DNA of 64,000 bases, taken from assembly GCA_963931575.1 (NCBI GenBank), contig OZ007029.1:189694-253693 (forward strand), written 5' to 3'. Positions 54,849-64,000 of this stretch are shown here, piece after piece. Origin of the DNA: Candidatus Gastranaerophilales bacterium. Its GTDB lineage: Bacteria > Cyanobacteriota > Vampirovibrionia > Gastranaerophilales > Gastranaerophilaceae. Position 1 is the first letter of the stretch; each line of letters opens with the position of its first letter. Below the pieces are notes generated by a model. It was not told the origin of the DNA, searched no databases, and saw only the letters and a list, made by a program, of their open reading frames with translations. The position numbers and the translations under genes are program-made.

Positions 54849-55685
54849 TTATAGTTCAATAGCTTTCAGTCTTTCAAGAATTTTGTTTGTAATTTCCTGA
54901 ATATATTCCTGACTGACGAGTCCGTTGATTACTGCGTCTGCAATCTGGTAGGTCGGACGTATATATTGCTGCGCGGTTTTGTTTACATCCTGAAACTGTA
55001 AGTCGGCGGCTTCTCCGGTTTTCCCTCTTGTTGCCGCGCGTCTGTACCAGCGTTCTTTTAGAACCTCAAGCGGTGTGAAAACATAGACCTTAACGTCCAT
55101 TACGTCGCGCACATTTTCGTTTAAAACATATAAACCTTCCGTCAAAATTACTCTTGCGGGTTTTTTGAGTTCGCTATTGAGTTTTGACTCGCAGGTTACA
55201 AAATCGTATTGCGGGGAGTAAATTTCTTTACCTGATTTCAGGTCAATCAGGTGTCTTTTCATCAATTCCAAATCTATCGCTTCGGGTGTGTCGAAACTGA
55301 AGCCGGTTTTGAAAAGGGCCTCATAGCTTCCTGCTTCCTTTAATTCTTTAGAGGTATCTTTATAGTAATCATCACAGCGGATTACGGTATAAATTCCCTG
55401 ATTTTCCTTTTTTACGCAGGCTTTTATGGTATTGTCGACAAAAACGGTTTTACCGGAGGCACTTTCGCCGGTGATGCCGATGAGGAAGGTCTTTTTGCGT
55501 TCCTGAACCGCAATACGCGCAATGTTCATAATAAGATTATCAGAAATCTTTAGAAATAGCGGCTGCGGCTGGGTAGAATCCTCTTTGAGAATTTCTTTTA
55601 ATGTATCAACAATCTTTGCTATAACTTCCATATCTCTACGGCTTGAATAGTAGTCGTAGGAACTCATGCCTAAATCAAATACCAT
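54849..55685 (-). CDS. uridine kinase / phosphoribulokinase-family P-loop kinase with an N-terminal extension
   Basis: IGITGESASGKTVF P-loop; CDDYYKD. Confidence 0.6.
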   Translation of the reverse strand: MVFDLGMSSYDYYSSRRDMEVIAKIVDTLKEILKEDSTQPQPLFLKISDNLIMNIARIAVQERKKTFLIGITGESASGKTVFVDNTIKACVKKENQGIYTVIRCDDYYKDTSKELKEAGSYEALFKTGFSFDTPEAIDLELMKRHLIDLKSGKEIYSPQYDFVTCESKLNSELKKPARVILTEGLYVLNENVRDVMDVKVYVFTPLEVLKERWYRRAATRGKTGEAADLQFQDVNKTAQQYIRPTYQIADAVINGLVSQEYIQEITNKILERLKAIEL

Positions 55686-55835
55686 ATTAACCTCTATTAT
55701 ATCTCAATATTATATATAATAAATTTTCAAAATTCCACCTAATGATAAATAATTGTAACAAATTCACTAAATTTTTTAAAGTTCCGGTAAAAATGTGCCG
55801 ATATTGGGAATGTTAGTAAATAGGAGTATAAAATC

Positions 55836-56009
55836 ATGTATTACGACGAATTGTTTGAAAAAGCTTTGGCAGAAGCTAAAGAAGAAAATCTTGCGGAATT
55901 GAAAGCAGAGGTTGCGGACTTACAAAGAAGTTTTGAGTCATTTTTGAACAAATTTTTCAATTCAACCACTCACAAAGTTGAGCAGGATTACCATGTTACA
56001 GCAATGTGA
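55836..56009 (+). CDS. hypothetical 57-aa helical protein (below the ORF-track size cut-off)
   Basis: TAGGAG SD 7 nt upstream. Translation is MYYDELFEKALAEAKEENLAELKAEVADLQRSFESFLNKFFNSTTHKVEQDYHVTAM. A strong terminator follows. Confidence 0.4.
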   Translation: MYYDELFEKALAEAKEENLAELKAEVADLQRSFESFLNKFFNSTTHKVEQDYHVTAM

Positions 56010-56036
56010 TAAAGTTTGAATAGCCGGAGTATGAAG

Positions 56037-56069
56037 AGCGCGGCGGAGCCTGAAAGGCTCCGCCGCGCT
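56037..56069. terminator. Strong bidirectional terminator
   Basis: agcgcggcggagcc-tgaaa-ggctccgccgcgct. Confidence 0.8.
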
Positions 56070-56073
56070 AGTT

Positions 56074-56970
56074 TTAAAAATGTTTGAAGATTTTTTGTTC
56101 GATTAAATTTCGGGGATAAAAATTTCCGTTGATTGCAACGCCGGAGCCTTCTTTTACGCATCCGATAACGGCAGCGCCTGCCGGCGGGGTGTCGGTTGTA
56201 GCGATTAGTCCGTAGTCCTCGCCGCCGAATAAAACCAGTTCGTGCCAGTTAGGGAAACTTTTAATTTCTTCATCAACAGGAATTTTGTCAAAATCTATGC
56301 TCATAAGGACATTGCTTGCCTGTGCTATTTGGGAAAGTGCGTCCATAAGCCCGTCAGATGTATCCATCATTGCGTATTTTCCTTTTTGAGAGCAGGCAAT
56401 TTGTCTTGAAAAATCGACCTGTGCAAAAGGTTCAAGATGCGCTTTTATAAACTTTTCTGGCGCTTTTTTGCCGGAAAGGAGAAGTTTCAAGCCTGCTGCG
56501 CTGGAGCCGTGGACTCCTGCTGCAATAATTCTTTGACCGGTTCGTGCGTTAGCGCGGGAACTTATGTTTCTTCCCTTTGCTGAGCCGATTATGGCAGCAG
56601 AGATAAAGATTTTATCTGGTGAGGCGGTTATGTCGCCGCCTGCGATTTGAACCTTTCCGGCAGCTTCGCAGGCGGCTCCGGCACCTTCGTAAAACTCTTT
56701 TATAAATTCACTGTTAATGTCTTTTGGCAATGAAAGCGATATTGTCATATATTTAGGCTCGCCGCCGCCGGCGCAGATGTCTGAAATGTTTACCATTGCG
56801 CTTTTCCAGCCTAATTGACGCGGAGTGATTTTATCGCGCAGAAAATGTACGCCTTCCACAAGGCTGTCCTGCGAAACGAGTATGTCTAAGTCCTTTAAAT
56901 ACGCGCAGTCATCACCGATATAAGGTGAATTCAGGGTCGTTTTTATCAGGTTTATAAAGTCTTTTTCCAT
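56074..56970 (-). CDS. thiL: thiamine-monophosphate kinase
   Basis: IGDDCAY, LVEGVHF, GGDIT; AIR-synthase-like fold. Confidence 0.85.
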   Translation of the reverse strand: MEKDFINLIKTTLNSPYIGDDCAYLKDLDILVSQDSLVEGVHFLRDKITPRQLGWKSAMVNISDICAGGGEPKYMTISLSLPKDINSEFIKEFYEGAGAACEAAGKVQIAGGDITASPDKIFISAAIIGSAKGRNISSRANARTGQRIIAAGVHGSSAAGLKLLLSGKKAPEKFIKAHLEPFAQVDFSRQIACSQKGKYAMMDTSDGLMDALSQIAQASNVLMSIDFDKIPVDEEIKSFPNWHELVLFGGEDYGLIATTDTPPAGAAVIGCVKEGSGVAINGNFYPRNLIEQKIFKHF

Positions 56971-56972
56971 TA

Positions 56973-58880
56973 TTATTTGAGTTCGTTGTTAATCAGAGCG
57001 ATAAATTCTTTTACCAATTCGGTATTCCATTTTTTGCCGGCGTCTTGTTTAATGACTTCAAGCGCTTCTTTTTCTGATAATTTTGCACGGTAAGGACGGG
57101 TTTCCGTGAGCGCGAAATAGGAGTCGATTATGAGGATTATTTGCGAACTCATAGGAATTTCGTTTTTTGAAAGCTTATTCGGATAACCGCTTCCGTCCCA
57201 GTTTTCGTGGTGTTTTTCGATTATCGGCAGGATGTCCTGAACAACAGAAATCGGTTTTAAGATATCTCTTGCCGCGATAATCGGGTGTTCTTTAATAAAT
57301 TTCTTTTCCTCTTCGGTAAGAGGGGTTGTTTTTTGTAAAATTTCCTGCGGGATTAAGAGGTTCCCGATATCGTACATAAGAATTGCAATTTTAAGGTTGT
57401 CGATTTCCTCTTTTGGCAGGTCAAAACGTTTGGCAAGAGAGGAGGCAAGCAGAACTTTTTTCTTGACTGAGCCGTCCTCGTGAAGCGGGTTGTAAAGACG
57501 CGTGAGCATATCCGCAACCAGATAGAGCGTTTCTTTTGGCTGGGATTTGGAATCCTGTTCCGCTTTTTTCAGCTTGTCGCAAAGTTCTTTCGTAAGATTT
57601 TTTTCAACCGGAATATTGTGTTTTGAAAGTATATCTATAAAAGTATTTATTGCGATTTCCTGCCAGCTTGTTTCAGAAATCGGGGTTGCAAGCGTGACGC
57701 GGTTTCTGCCGTTGCGTTTTGACTGATACATAGCCTGATCGGTAAGCTCAATTAATTCTTCAGGATTGTCAGTGTGTTCAAAATATGTTGCGACACCGAT
57801 ACTTGCGGTAATATGTCCGATAGTTTCAATTTCGGTTGCCTCGAGGGTTTTCCTGATACGTTCGGCTGCAATCATTGCGCCTTTGGAATCAATACCGGGG
57901 AGAATTATGTTGAACTCTTCGCCACCCATTCTTGCTGCAATATCAATTGAACGCGCGTTGTTTTTGATAACATCCGCAAGCGTTTTTATCGCGAGATCGC
58001 CGTAAGAGTGACCGTATTTATCGTTAATCTGTTTCAGAAAATCAAGGTCAAGTCCTATCAGAGAGAAGGCTTGTTTCTGGCGGTTTGCACGTGTAACTTC
58101 TTTCCTTAGGTATTCTTCAAAGTATCTGCGGTTGTAAAGCCCTGTTAAACCGTCAGTTACAGCCTGTTCTTTCACAGTTGAAAACAGGTGTGCAATTGTT
58201 ATAGCCATTTCGATTTGTTTTGCAAAAATGCTTAAAAAATCCGTTTCAGAGGTCGCCAGTTCATCGCGGGAGGAAAATACTACAAACCACCCGAAATCCC
58301 TGTTCATGCAACTTAGCGGGATAATAATCATTGATTTGCAATATTCCTTATCCAGAATAGTGCTTAATTGTTCGTCCGTTATGTTCGGAATAATTTCCTG
58401 CAGGGTTTGTCCGAGGTTTTGGGTCTGCGTAATTTCTTTGGAACGCATTGTTTCCGCATAAACCCCGACCGGTGAATAGTTTAGCCTCAATGTGTAAAGC
58501 GGTGCATTGATAACTTTATGCAAAGCTTCAATTGCGGTGTCGCCGGATTGTGAAATGATTTTTATGAAATCACCTTTTTCATCCTTCATTTTCTCCAAAA
58601 TAGCGCAGTGAACATAGCCAAATTCGTTGGAAATACTGTTAACAATGTTATCAAGTACGGTTTCTAAAGGCTTGGATGACGTCATCATATCAATAATATG
58701 CTGGAGCGTAATCATTTTTTTATTTGCCATACTCAGCTCTTTTGTCTGCTGTGCAAGTTCTTTTTCCAGCGCAATATTGCGTTCGTATATTTCAATATAG
58801 TCCTGCTTTTTGTAATAAACAGTACTTTCGACTTCGTTTATTTTGTTGGTTAACTCTTTTATTTTATTGAAAAATGACAT
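56973..58880 (-). CDS. multidomain c-di-GMP enzyme: coiled-coil/GAF-like + GGDEF + HD-GYP
   Basis: DGLTGLYNRRY, RMGGEEFNIIL, MYDIGNLLIP, HHENWDGSGYP. Confidence 0.8.
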   Translation of the reverse strand: MSFFNKIKELTNKINEVESTVYYKKQDYIEIYERNIALEKELAQQTKELSMANKKMITLQHIIDMMTSSKPLETVLDNIVNSISNEFGYVHCAILEKMKDEKGDFIKIISQSGDTAIEALHKVINAPLYTLRLNYSPVGVYAETMRSKEITQTQNLGQTLQEIIPNITDEQLSTILDKEYCKSMIIIPLSCMNRDFGWFVVFSSRDELATSETDFLSIFAKQIEMAITIAHLFSTVKEQAVTDGLTGLYNRRYFEEYLRKEVTRANRQKQAFSLIGLDLDFLKQINDKYGHSYGDLAIKTLADVIKNNARSIDIAARMGGEEFNIILPGIDSKGAMIAAERIRKTLEATEIETIGHITASIGVATYFEHTDNPEELIELTDQAMYQSKRNGRNRVTLATPISETSWQEIAINTFIDILSKHNIPVEKNLTKELCDKLKKAEQDSKSQPKETLYLVADMLTRLYNPLHEDGSVKKKVLLASSLAKRFDLPKEEIDNLKIAILMYDIGNLLIPQEILQKTTPLTEEEKKFIKEHPIIAARDILKPISVVQDILPIIEKHHENWDGSGYPNKLSKNEIPMSSQIILIIDSYFALTETRPYRAKLSEKEALEVIKQDAGKKWNTELVKEFIALINNELK

Positions 58881-58997
58881 TTGTATACCTTTATAATGTA
58901 CTATTATACAATATATTTGAAATATATTCTAGTGGGAGATAAAAAATATTGAATTTTTGCACGATTGTGGTAAGATTTTATTGTAAGTGGTTTTATT

Positions 58998-60026
58998 ATG
59001 GGTAAGTCAAAAAAGATTTTAGTATTAAGATTTGGTGCGCTTGGTGATCTTGTTCACACAACGATTATTCCGCAGGCAATAAAGGCGAAGTATCCGGATT
59101 ACGAGGTTCACTATTGCTGCGAGTCTCGGTATGCCGCTGTGCTTCAAAACAATCCCGATATTGATAAAATTATTGAATTTGACCATAAACGCAAAAAAGA
59201 TTTCCCTTATAACCTGCAAATTGCACTTAAGCTAAGACATGAACACTATGACGTTGTTTTGAACCTGACAAATGCTTTCCGCAATAATTTTATGACTTTT
59301 ATCGCAAGCCCTAAACATAAATTTACAAAAGTTCCAATGGGGCATAAGCACGTGGTTGATGCGTTCTTCCTGAGTGCGCAGAAAGCTTTCCCGGCAATAA
59401 AACAGCCGAGAAACCTCCGCCTCGGGCTTGATACTGCTGCGCTTGAAGATATGAAATCACAGGTTGCTGCATATCCGCGGCCTTATATTATTCTTTCTCC
59501 GGGCGGGCAAACCGATAATAACCGTCAGGGGCGCGCCTGGCCGGCTGAAAGCTGGATTGAACTCGGGAACCTTTTAAAAGGAATTTTCGGCGGAACTATT
59601 TTCCTTTCCGGCTCACCGGATGAAAGAGAATTCCATAAGACAATCTCAGAAAAAATTGAAGGCGCTGTGTTATTTTCAGGAAGATTTTCTATTTCACAAA
59701 CAATGTGTCTGATTTCGCTTTGTGACCTGTTTATTTCGGGGGATTCCGGCCCGCTTCATATAGCATCGGGTCTTGGCGTAAAAACAATCGGACTTTTCGG
59801 CTCGACTAATCCGGAAAACGTCAGACCATACGGCGAAAACGGAAGTTTTGTCGCTGCGTTTTCAAAATGCAAATTCTGCTGGCAGAAACAGTGTAAAAAA
59901 CTCAAAGCAGGTAAAAAATATACACCTTGCATGAAATCAATAAAACCTGCACATGTTCTAAATTTGATTAATAATAAGAAGCTATTGGGTTCCACAGGCG
60001 ATGTGCTTAGAATAGCACTTGACTAA
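58998..60026 (+). CDS. glycosyltransferase family 9 (LPS heptosyltransferase-like)
   Basis: ILVLRFGALGDLVHTT; GDSGPLHIASGLGVKTIGLFGSTNP. Confidence 0.8.
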   Translation: MGKSKKILVLRFGALGDLVHTTIIPQAIKAKYPDYEVHYCCESRYAAVLQNNPDIDKIIEFDHKRKKDFPYNLQIALKLRHEHYDVVLNLTNAFRNNFMTFIASPKHKFTKVPMGHKHVVDAFFLSAQKAFPAIKQPRNLRLGLDTAALEDMKSQVAAYPRPYIILSPGGQTDNNRQGRAWPAESWIELGNLLKGIFGGTIFLSGSPDEREFHKTISEKIEGAVLFSGRFSISQTMCLISLCDLFISGDSGPLHIASGLGVKTIGLFGSTNPENVRPYGENGSFVAAFSKCKFCWQKQCKKLKAGKKYTPCMKSIKPAHVLNLINNKKLLGSTGDVLRIALD

Positions 60027-60066
60027 AGACCCGTGGACTTGCGAAGGTTCTTAAAAATTAATGTAA

Positions 60067-60094
60067 AAAAGACGGGTTTATTACCCGTCTTTTT
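60067..60094. terminator. Bidirectional terminator
   Basis: aaaagacgggt...acccgtctttt. Confidence 0.75.
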
Positions 60095-60129
60095 TAATTT
60101 ATAAGCCAAATATGGCTTTATTCCACATC

Positions 60130-60585
60130 TTAACCGCATAACTGTTCTGCAATTACGAACGGTTTTTCTGAAACTTTCATTGTATTTTTGTTCAAAATAC
60201 CTCTTTTTAATTCTGTGAAAGTTGCGTTCTGGCAGTGGAATTTCTTTTTCAAAAACTCATAAGAAATTTTCGGATCGCATTTGTCACCGCAAGTGAACAA
60301 ATCAACGGCAGCGTATCCCAGTTCCGGCCAAGTGTGTATTGCCAAATGGCTTTCCGAAATGATAACCACGCCGGAAACCCCGTACGGGTTAAACATGTGG
60401 AAGCATTTTTGCACAATGGTCGCTCCGCACTCAAGTGCCGCATCTACCATATACTTTTCTACTTTATCAATGCTATTTAAAATATTAGGATCACATTCAA
60501 AAAATTCTGCTAGTACGTGTTGTCCCAGATTAACTTCTTCTACGCCGTCTTGTTCAAACGCTTTTAATGGTTGTTTTACGTCCAA
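60130..60585 (-). CDS. speH: S-adenosylmethionine decarboxylase proenzyme (class 1)
   Basis: GVSGVVIISESHLAIHTWPE (ES/S self-processing site), VDLFTCG. Confidence 0.85.
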   Translation of the reverse strand: MDVKQPLKAFEQDGVEEVNLGQHVLAEFFECDPNILNSIDKVEKYMVDAALECGATIVQKCFHMFNPYGVSGVVIISESHLAIHTWPELGYAAVDLFTCGDKCDPKISYEFLKKKFHCQNATFTELKRGILNKNTMKVSEKPFVIAEQLCG

Positions 60586-60826
60586 TTCATGAGCCTCCTA
60601 TAAAAAATATTATTTACTACTACATGTGCGTAAAATTTTTTACGCTCTAATATCTTACTATAAAAATCTAAAAAATGTAATTTTTACACGATAAAAATGA
60701 TTTTTTTGTAAAAATTTTTTAAGATAGTTCTATACCCTGAAATGACGGGCTTTTCCCCAGTCGGTATTATTAAGATTTGTTAAAATCGGTCTTTAAAAAT
60801 AGCCTTGTTGGGGTTAAAATTCGGGT

Positions 60827-61525
60827 ATGAATAATAAGATTTTGGTGATAGATGATGATCCTGCGATAAACGAGTTAATCAAGGTCAACCTTGAACTTGC
60901 AGGATACAGGGTTATACAGGCATTTGACGGAATTAAGGGCTTTGCGCTTTGCAAGCAGGAGCTGCCATGCCTTGTTGTGCTTGATGTTATGATGCCGGAA
61001 GTTGACGGGTTTACGGTAGCACAGAGAATTCGTAAGAACCCTGAAACGGCTGAGGTTCCGATTTTAATGCTTACTGCACTGTCGCAGATTAATGACAAGG
61101 TTAAAGGCTTTGATATCGGTGTGGATGATTATCTCGTCAAACCTTTTGAAATGGATGAACTTCTTGTCCGTGTCCGCGCGCTTTTGAAACGTACCGCGCA
61201 AATTCCGAAATCAGCCGCAACGCGCGATTTACTCTCAATTGGCGAAATTACCCTGCTGCCGGAAACCTACAGCGTTGAAATTAACGGCAAAACCGCTAAA
61301 TTGACACCTATTGAATTTGATATTTTTAACCTGTTATTCCAAAATCATGGCACAATGGTATCTTCTGCGCGCCTCTTAAAAGAAATCTGGGGTTATGCAC
61401 CGGATGATGACGTTGAAACAATACGTGTTCATATCCGTCATTTGCGCTCAAAGCTTGACAAAATTTCGGGAGGCAAAAAATATATTGAAACAATCTACGG
61501 CGGCGGGTATAAACTTAGTATTTAA
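60827..61525 (+). CDS. OmpR-family response regulator (RpaB-like)
   Basis: ILVIDDDP, VLDVMMPEVDG, MLTA, KPF; winged-helix C-terminus IETIYGGGYKL. Confidence 0.85.
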   Translation: MNNKILVIDDDPAINELIKVNLELAGYRVIQAFDGIKGFALCKQELPCLVVLDVMMPEVDGFTVAQRIRKNPETAEVPILMLTALSQINDKVKGFDIGVDDYLVKPFEMDELLVRVRALLKRTAQIPKSAATRDLLSIGEITLLPETYSVEINGKTAKLTPIEFDIFNLLFQNHGTMVSSARLLKEIWGYAPDDDVETIRVHIRHLRSKLDKISGGKKYIETIYGGGYKLSI

Positions 61526-63090
61526 TCAATTATTTTAATTCTGCCGTCATCTTTGATTTGAACAGGTTTGCCTTGTTTTTTGATATACTGGCATGTTAAT
61601 TTATCCTTATCAAAATCAAATCTTTCATCTATTTCATTTATTTTGTTAGGGATAAGTTTGTCGCCGCCGCTTGCAAAGAAGTCGTCTGTTGCAACGGTGT
61701 AAATTTTATTTTTGTCAGGATGATTTACGTCAATCGGGTGTTTTACGCCCTGTTTGTCGATAAATGTCGCATTGAGGACTTCACCCTTGCGGTTCATAGT
61801 GTATTCAAGTCCGGACGGCATTACGATGCTTGGCTTATGGCCCGGGTTGATGAGCGATTTTGCACCATTTTTGAGTGCATTTACAACTTCTTCTTCTGTC
61901 AGCTTCATTTTAACCATGCGGTTTTTCAGCGGAACGACTTCAAAAACTTTTCTTTCTGTAAGTTTTCCTTCGTCAAAGTGGCCGCGGATGTTGCCGGCAT
62001 TGATTAACGCCAAATCTGTTCCGAATTCTTCACGGCAGGCATCCATAATCAAGTAGGCATGCGGGTTTGGTTCTACAAGTCTGTCTTCAGGAGCAGGAAC
62101 TGTTTTTTCTACATATCCGACTTCGGTCGCTTTGCCTATGATACCGTCAAAAATCCTTTCAAGAACGGGGTTGCGTTTGAACTTGCTGGAATTGTGAACA
62201 TTATTTTGAGCCTTTTGAATAATACCGCTTTCGTCGAATTCAAGGTTCAAAACTCCGAATTGGTCGCCGTCTTTACCGGCCTGCGTAATGATTACAGGCT
62301 CTCCTGATTTTGAAGTAAAGAGGTTTTTATTATGTTCGATGTCTTTAATAAGTTCGTGCGTGTGTGCGCCGAGGATTACATCAACGCCGGAGGTGTTTTG
62401 CGCCAGTTCTTTATCGAATTCAAGCCCGCAGTGGGAGAGAACAATAATCTTATTGATGCCCTCGTTTTTCATCTTGTCGGCTTCTTCCTGAACAGCTTTT
62501 ATTGAATCTTCTTTTGAGAAAGGAATAATGGTTTTTCTGGATTCGTTTTCTCTGATGCGTTCGTGCAGATCCGGCGGTATGAGCCCGATTATACCGTATT
62601 TGTTGCCGTTAATCTCCTGAACAAAGGATTTTGTTATCTGTTCTTGAAGAGGGTTGTTTTCACCCTGTAAACTTAAGTTTGCTCCCATGATTTTGTAGTT
62701 GGCGGTTTTATGAACCTCTGCGATTTCCTGCGGGTTAGCGTCAAATTCGTGGTTCCCGATAGCAGTTCCCAGTGCGCCCATTACGTTGAGGAAGGCATTG
62801 GAAATTTTTAAAAGTTTAACATTTGCACCTGCCGAAATATCACCTGAGCCAAGAACCATCACATCCTGTCCGTCGTGGTTTTGCTTGTCAAAACTATGTT
62901 TTGCATTATAAATACGGCTCATATTGCCCATGTTGCCGTGTAGATCGTTTACATAGAAGATACTTGTTGAGGCATTCTTCTTTGCCGGAGCTGTATTGTT
63001 TGAGGTATTTTGCCCCTTAAAAACCGGTTGACTAAAATTGTATGAATTTATCGGGTGAATCATAAACAATAACCTTCTGTTACACTTCAT
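61522..63090 (-). CDS. bifunctional metallophosphatase / 5'-nucleotidase
   Basis: VNDLHGN, GSGDISAG, GNHEFD, LSHCG, GAHTHE, plus a C-terminal nucleotidase domain. Confidence 0.8.
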   Translation of the reverse strand: MKCNRRLLFMIHPINSYNFSQPVFKGQNTSNNTAPAKKNASTSIFYVNDLHGNMGNMSRIYNAKHSFDKQNHDGQDVMVLGSGDISAGANVKLLKISNAFLNVMGALGTAIGNHEFDANPQEIAEVHKTANYKIMGANLSLQGENNPLQEQITKSFVQEINGNKYGIIGLIPPDLHERIRENESRKTIIPFSKEDSIKAVQEEADKMKNEGINKIIVLSHCGLEFDKELAQNTSGVDVILGAHTHELIKDIEHNKNLFTSKSGEPVIITQAGKDGDQFGVLNLEFDESGIIQKAQNNVHNSSKFKRNPVLERIFDGIIGKATEVGYVEKTVPAPEDRLVEPNPHAYLIMDACREEFGTDLALINAGNIRGHFDEGKLTERKVFEVVPLKNRMVKMKLTEEEVVNALKNGAKSLINPGHKPSIVMPSGLEYTMNRKGEVLNATFIDKQGVKHPIDVNHPDKNKIYTVATDDFFASGGDKLIPNKINEIDERFDFDKDKLTCQYIKKQGKPVQIKDDGRIKIID

Positions 63091-63163
63091 AAAACCCCTG
63101 AAAAAAATATTTGCCTAAACGTAAAGAAATCGTTACATGTTTAGTGTCTGGGAAAGTCGTTGA

Positions 63164-64000
63164 TTAATCCACCCATTCAAAGGATTTAACGAAATCTTCG
63201 CCGTTGATGTCGCCGTTTATGATTACGCGGAAGAATTTATAAATATTATTTCTGTCGTTTGAGTTCGGAATTTTGGCGATGTCAGATGTAAATTCAATGT
63301 TAGAATCTTTTTTGACGCCCGGGATGGTCTTCAATAGCGTATTTAATGAAAGGTTTTTAACTTTATTAATCAACGTGGTTACGTCTTTTGAAAGACTGCC
63401 GAAGATTTGGAAATCCGCGATTGATGAACTCAGGTTATATTTACCTCTTATGTAAAGGTTAAGGTCTTTGCCGCTGGAATAAATATTAATATTGTCGGCA
63501 ACACCGTTGTTGATTTTAAAATCGCCAGAGATTGTTTTAAATTCGCCGGATTTCAGCGGGGATAGAAGGTCGATAAGCCCGTTGATAGTAAGTCCTGTCA
63601 GGCCGTTACTAATAAGGTTGCCGGCTTTGAGAAGGTATTCAAGAGAGCCGAGTTTCGGCATCTTGCCGTTTTCTATAGCGAAGTTGCCGCTGCCGCTTAG
63701 TGTCGCAAAACAGGTTTTATCGTTTTTAGCTGTGCAGGAAAGCGACATTTTACCGTTTGCAAGTCCGTAGATTTGACCTTTGATATTGAATAGAGTTTCT
63801 GCCATTTGTGCTGCATTGGCTTTATTCAGATTTATATTAAGTTTTACGGTATCATTAAGGTAATTATGCGTTATATTACCGTTAACATTGCCTTGAGCGA
63901 GTTCAAAGTTGAAGTTTTTGACGTTCAGGGTTTTATCTTTGCCGATTTGCATATCGCTTGTGAAATTCTCTGCATTAATGTTGTTAATAACGATTGTGTC
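63164..64000 (-). CDS. AsmA-like protein, C-terminal part (gene continues past the right edge)
   Basis: The frame stays open upstream of the track's Met at 63952 to the window end. Repetitive beta-rich G/N/K sequence with C-terminal GKYNLSS...FGSL is typical of AsmA C-terminal regions. Confidence 0.5.
   Translation of the reverse strand, partial: DTIVINNINAENFTSDMQIGKDKTLNVKNFNFELAQGNVNGNITHNYLNDTVKLNINLNKANAAQMAETLFNIKGQIYGLANGKMSLSCTAKNDKTCFATLSGSGNFAIENGKMPKLGSLEYLLKAGNLISNGLTGLTINGLIDLLSPLKSGEFKTISGDFKINNGVADNINIYSSGKDLNLYIRGKYNLSSSIADFQIFGSLSKDVTTLINKVKNLSLNTLLKTIPGVKKDSNIEFTSDIAKIPNSNDRNNIYKFFRVIINGDINGEDFVKSFEWVD

Overview
AT-rich bacterial chromosome segment. Ycf23/DUF561-like, SLH, KdsA and OmpR/RpaB-like genes hint at a diderm, possibly a non-photosynthetic cyanobacterial relative, but this is a low-confidence inference. 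Positions 1-12.7 kb form an accessory island ending at tRNA-Ser(GCU). It holds a Hachiman-like hamA/hamB pair, a GATC restriction-modification system (two methyltransferases plus a MutH/Sau3AI-like endonuclease), a Mu/Tn7-like transposition operon (DDE transposase, AAA+ ATPase, small third gene), a second transposase paralogue that lacks the catalytic-E segment, a 2.2-kb redox/HxlR cassette bracketed by 38-40 bp direct repeats, and three tandem 23-bp repeats ending in ACA beside the tRNA. The rest is mostly housekeeping (dapB, maf, kdsA, pheS, truB, rbfA, infB, prfA, ychF, secA, thiL, speH), three GGDEF-type c-di-GMP enzymes (two of them GGDEF/HD-GYP hybrids) and an SF1 helicase fused to a nuclease. 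The most unusual content is five dispersed, monocistronic paralogues of a pilin-like protein (FTMAEILLSLTIIGVVAAITLPSL) with a variable lectin-like (DUF1566-type) C-terminus. Each has a near-identical consensus promoter with a 17-bp spacer and a conserved SD-ATG. A G12-G15 homopolymer follows 10-17 codons later. A stop-free leader of 74-122 codons, built from GC-rich mini-hairpin modules, then runs into the pilin domain. Four of the five copies also have a long AT-rich GGCAATAAG hairpin in the 5' UTR. Only one of the five copies is in frame with its SD-ATG, which suggests a multi-locus slipped-strand phase-variation system with an atypical long prepilin leader.
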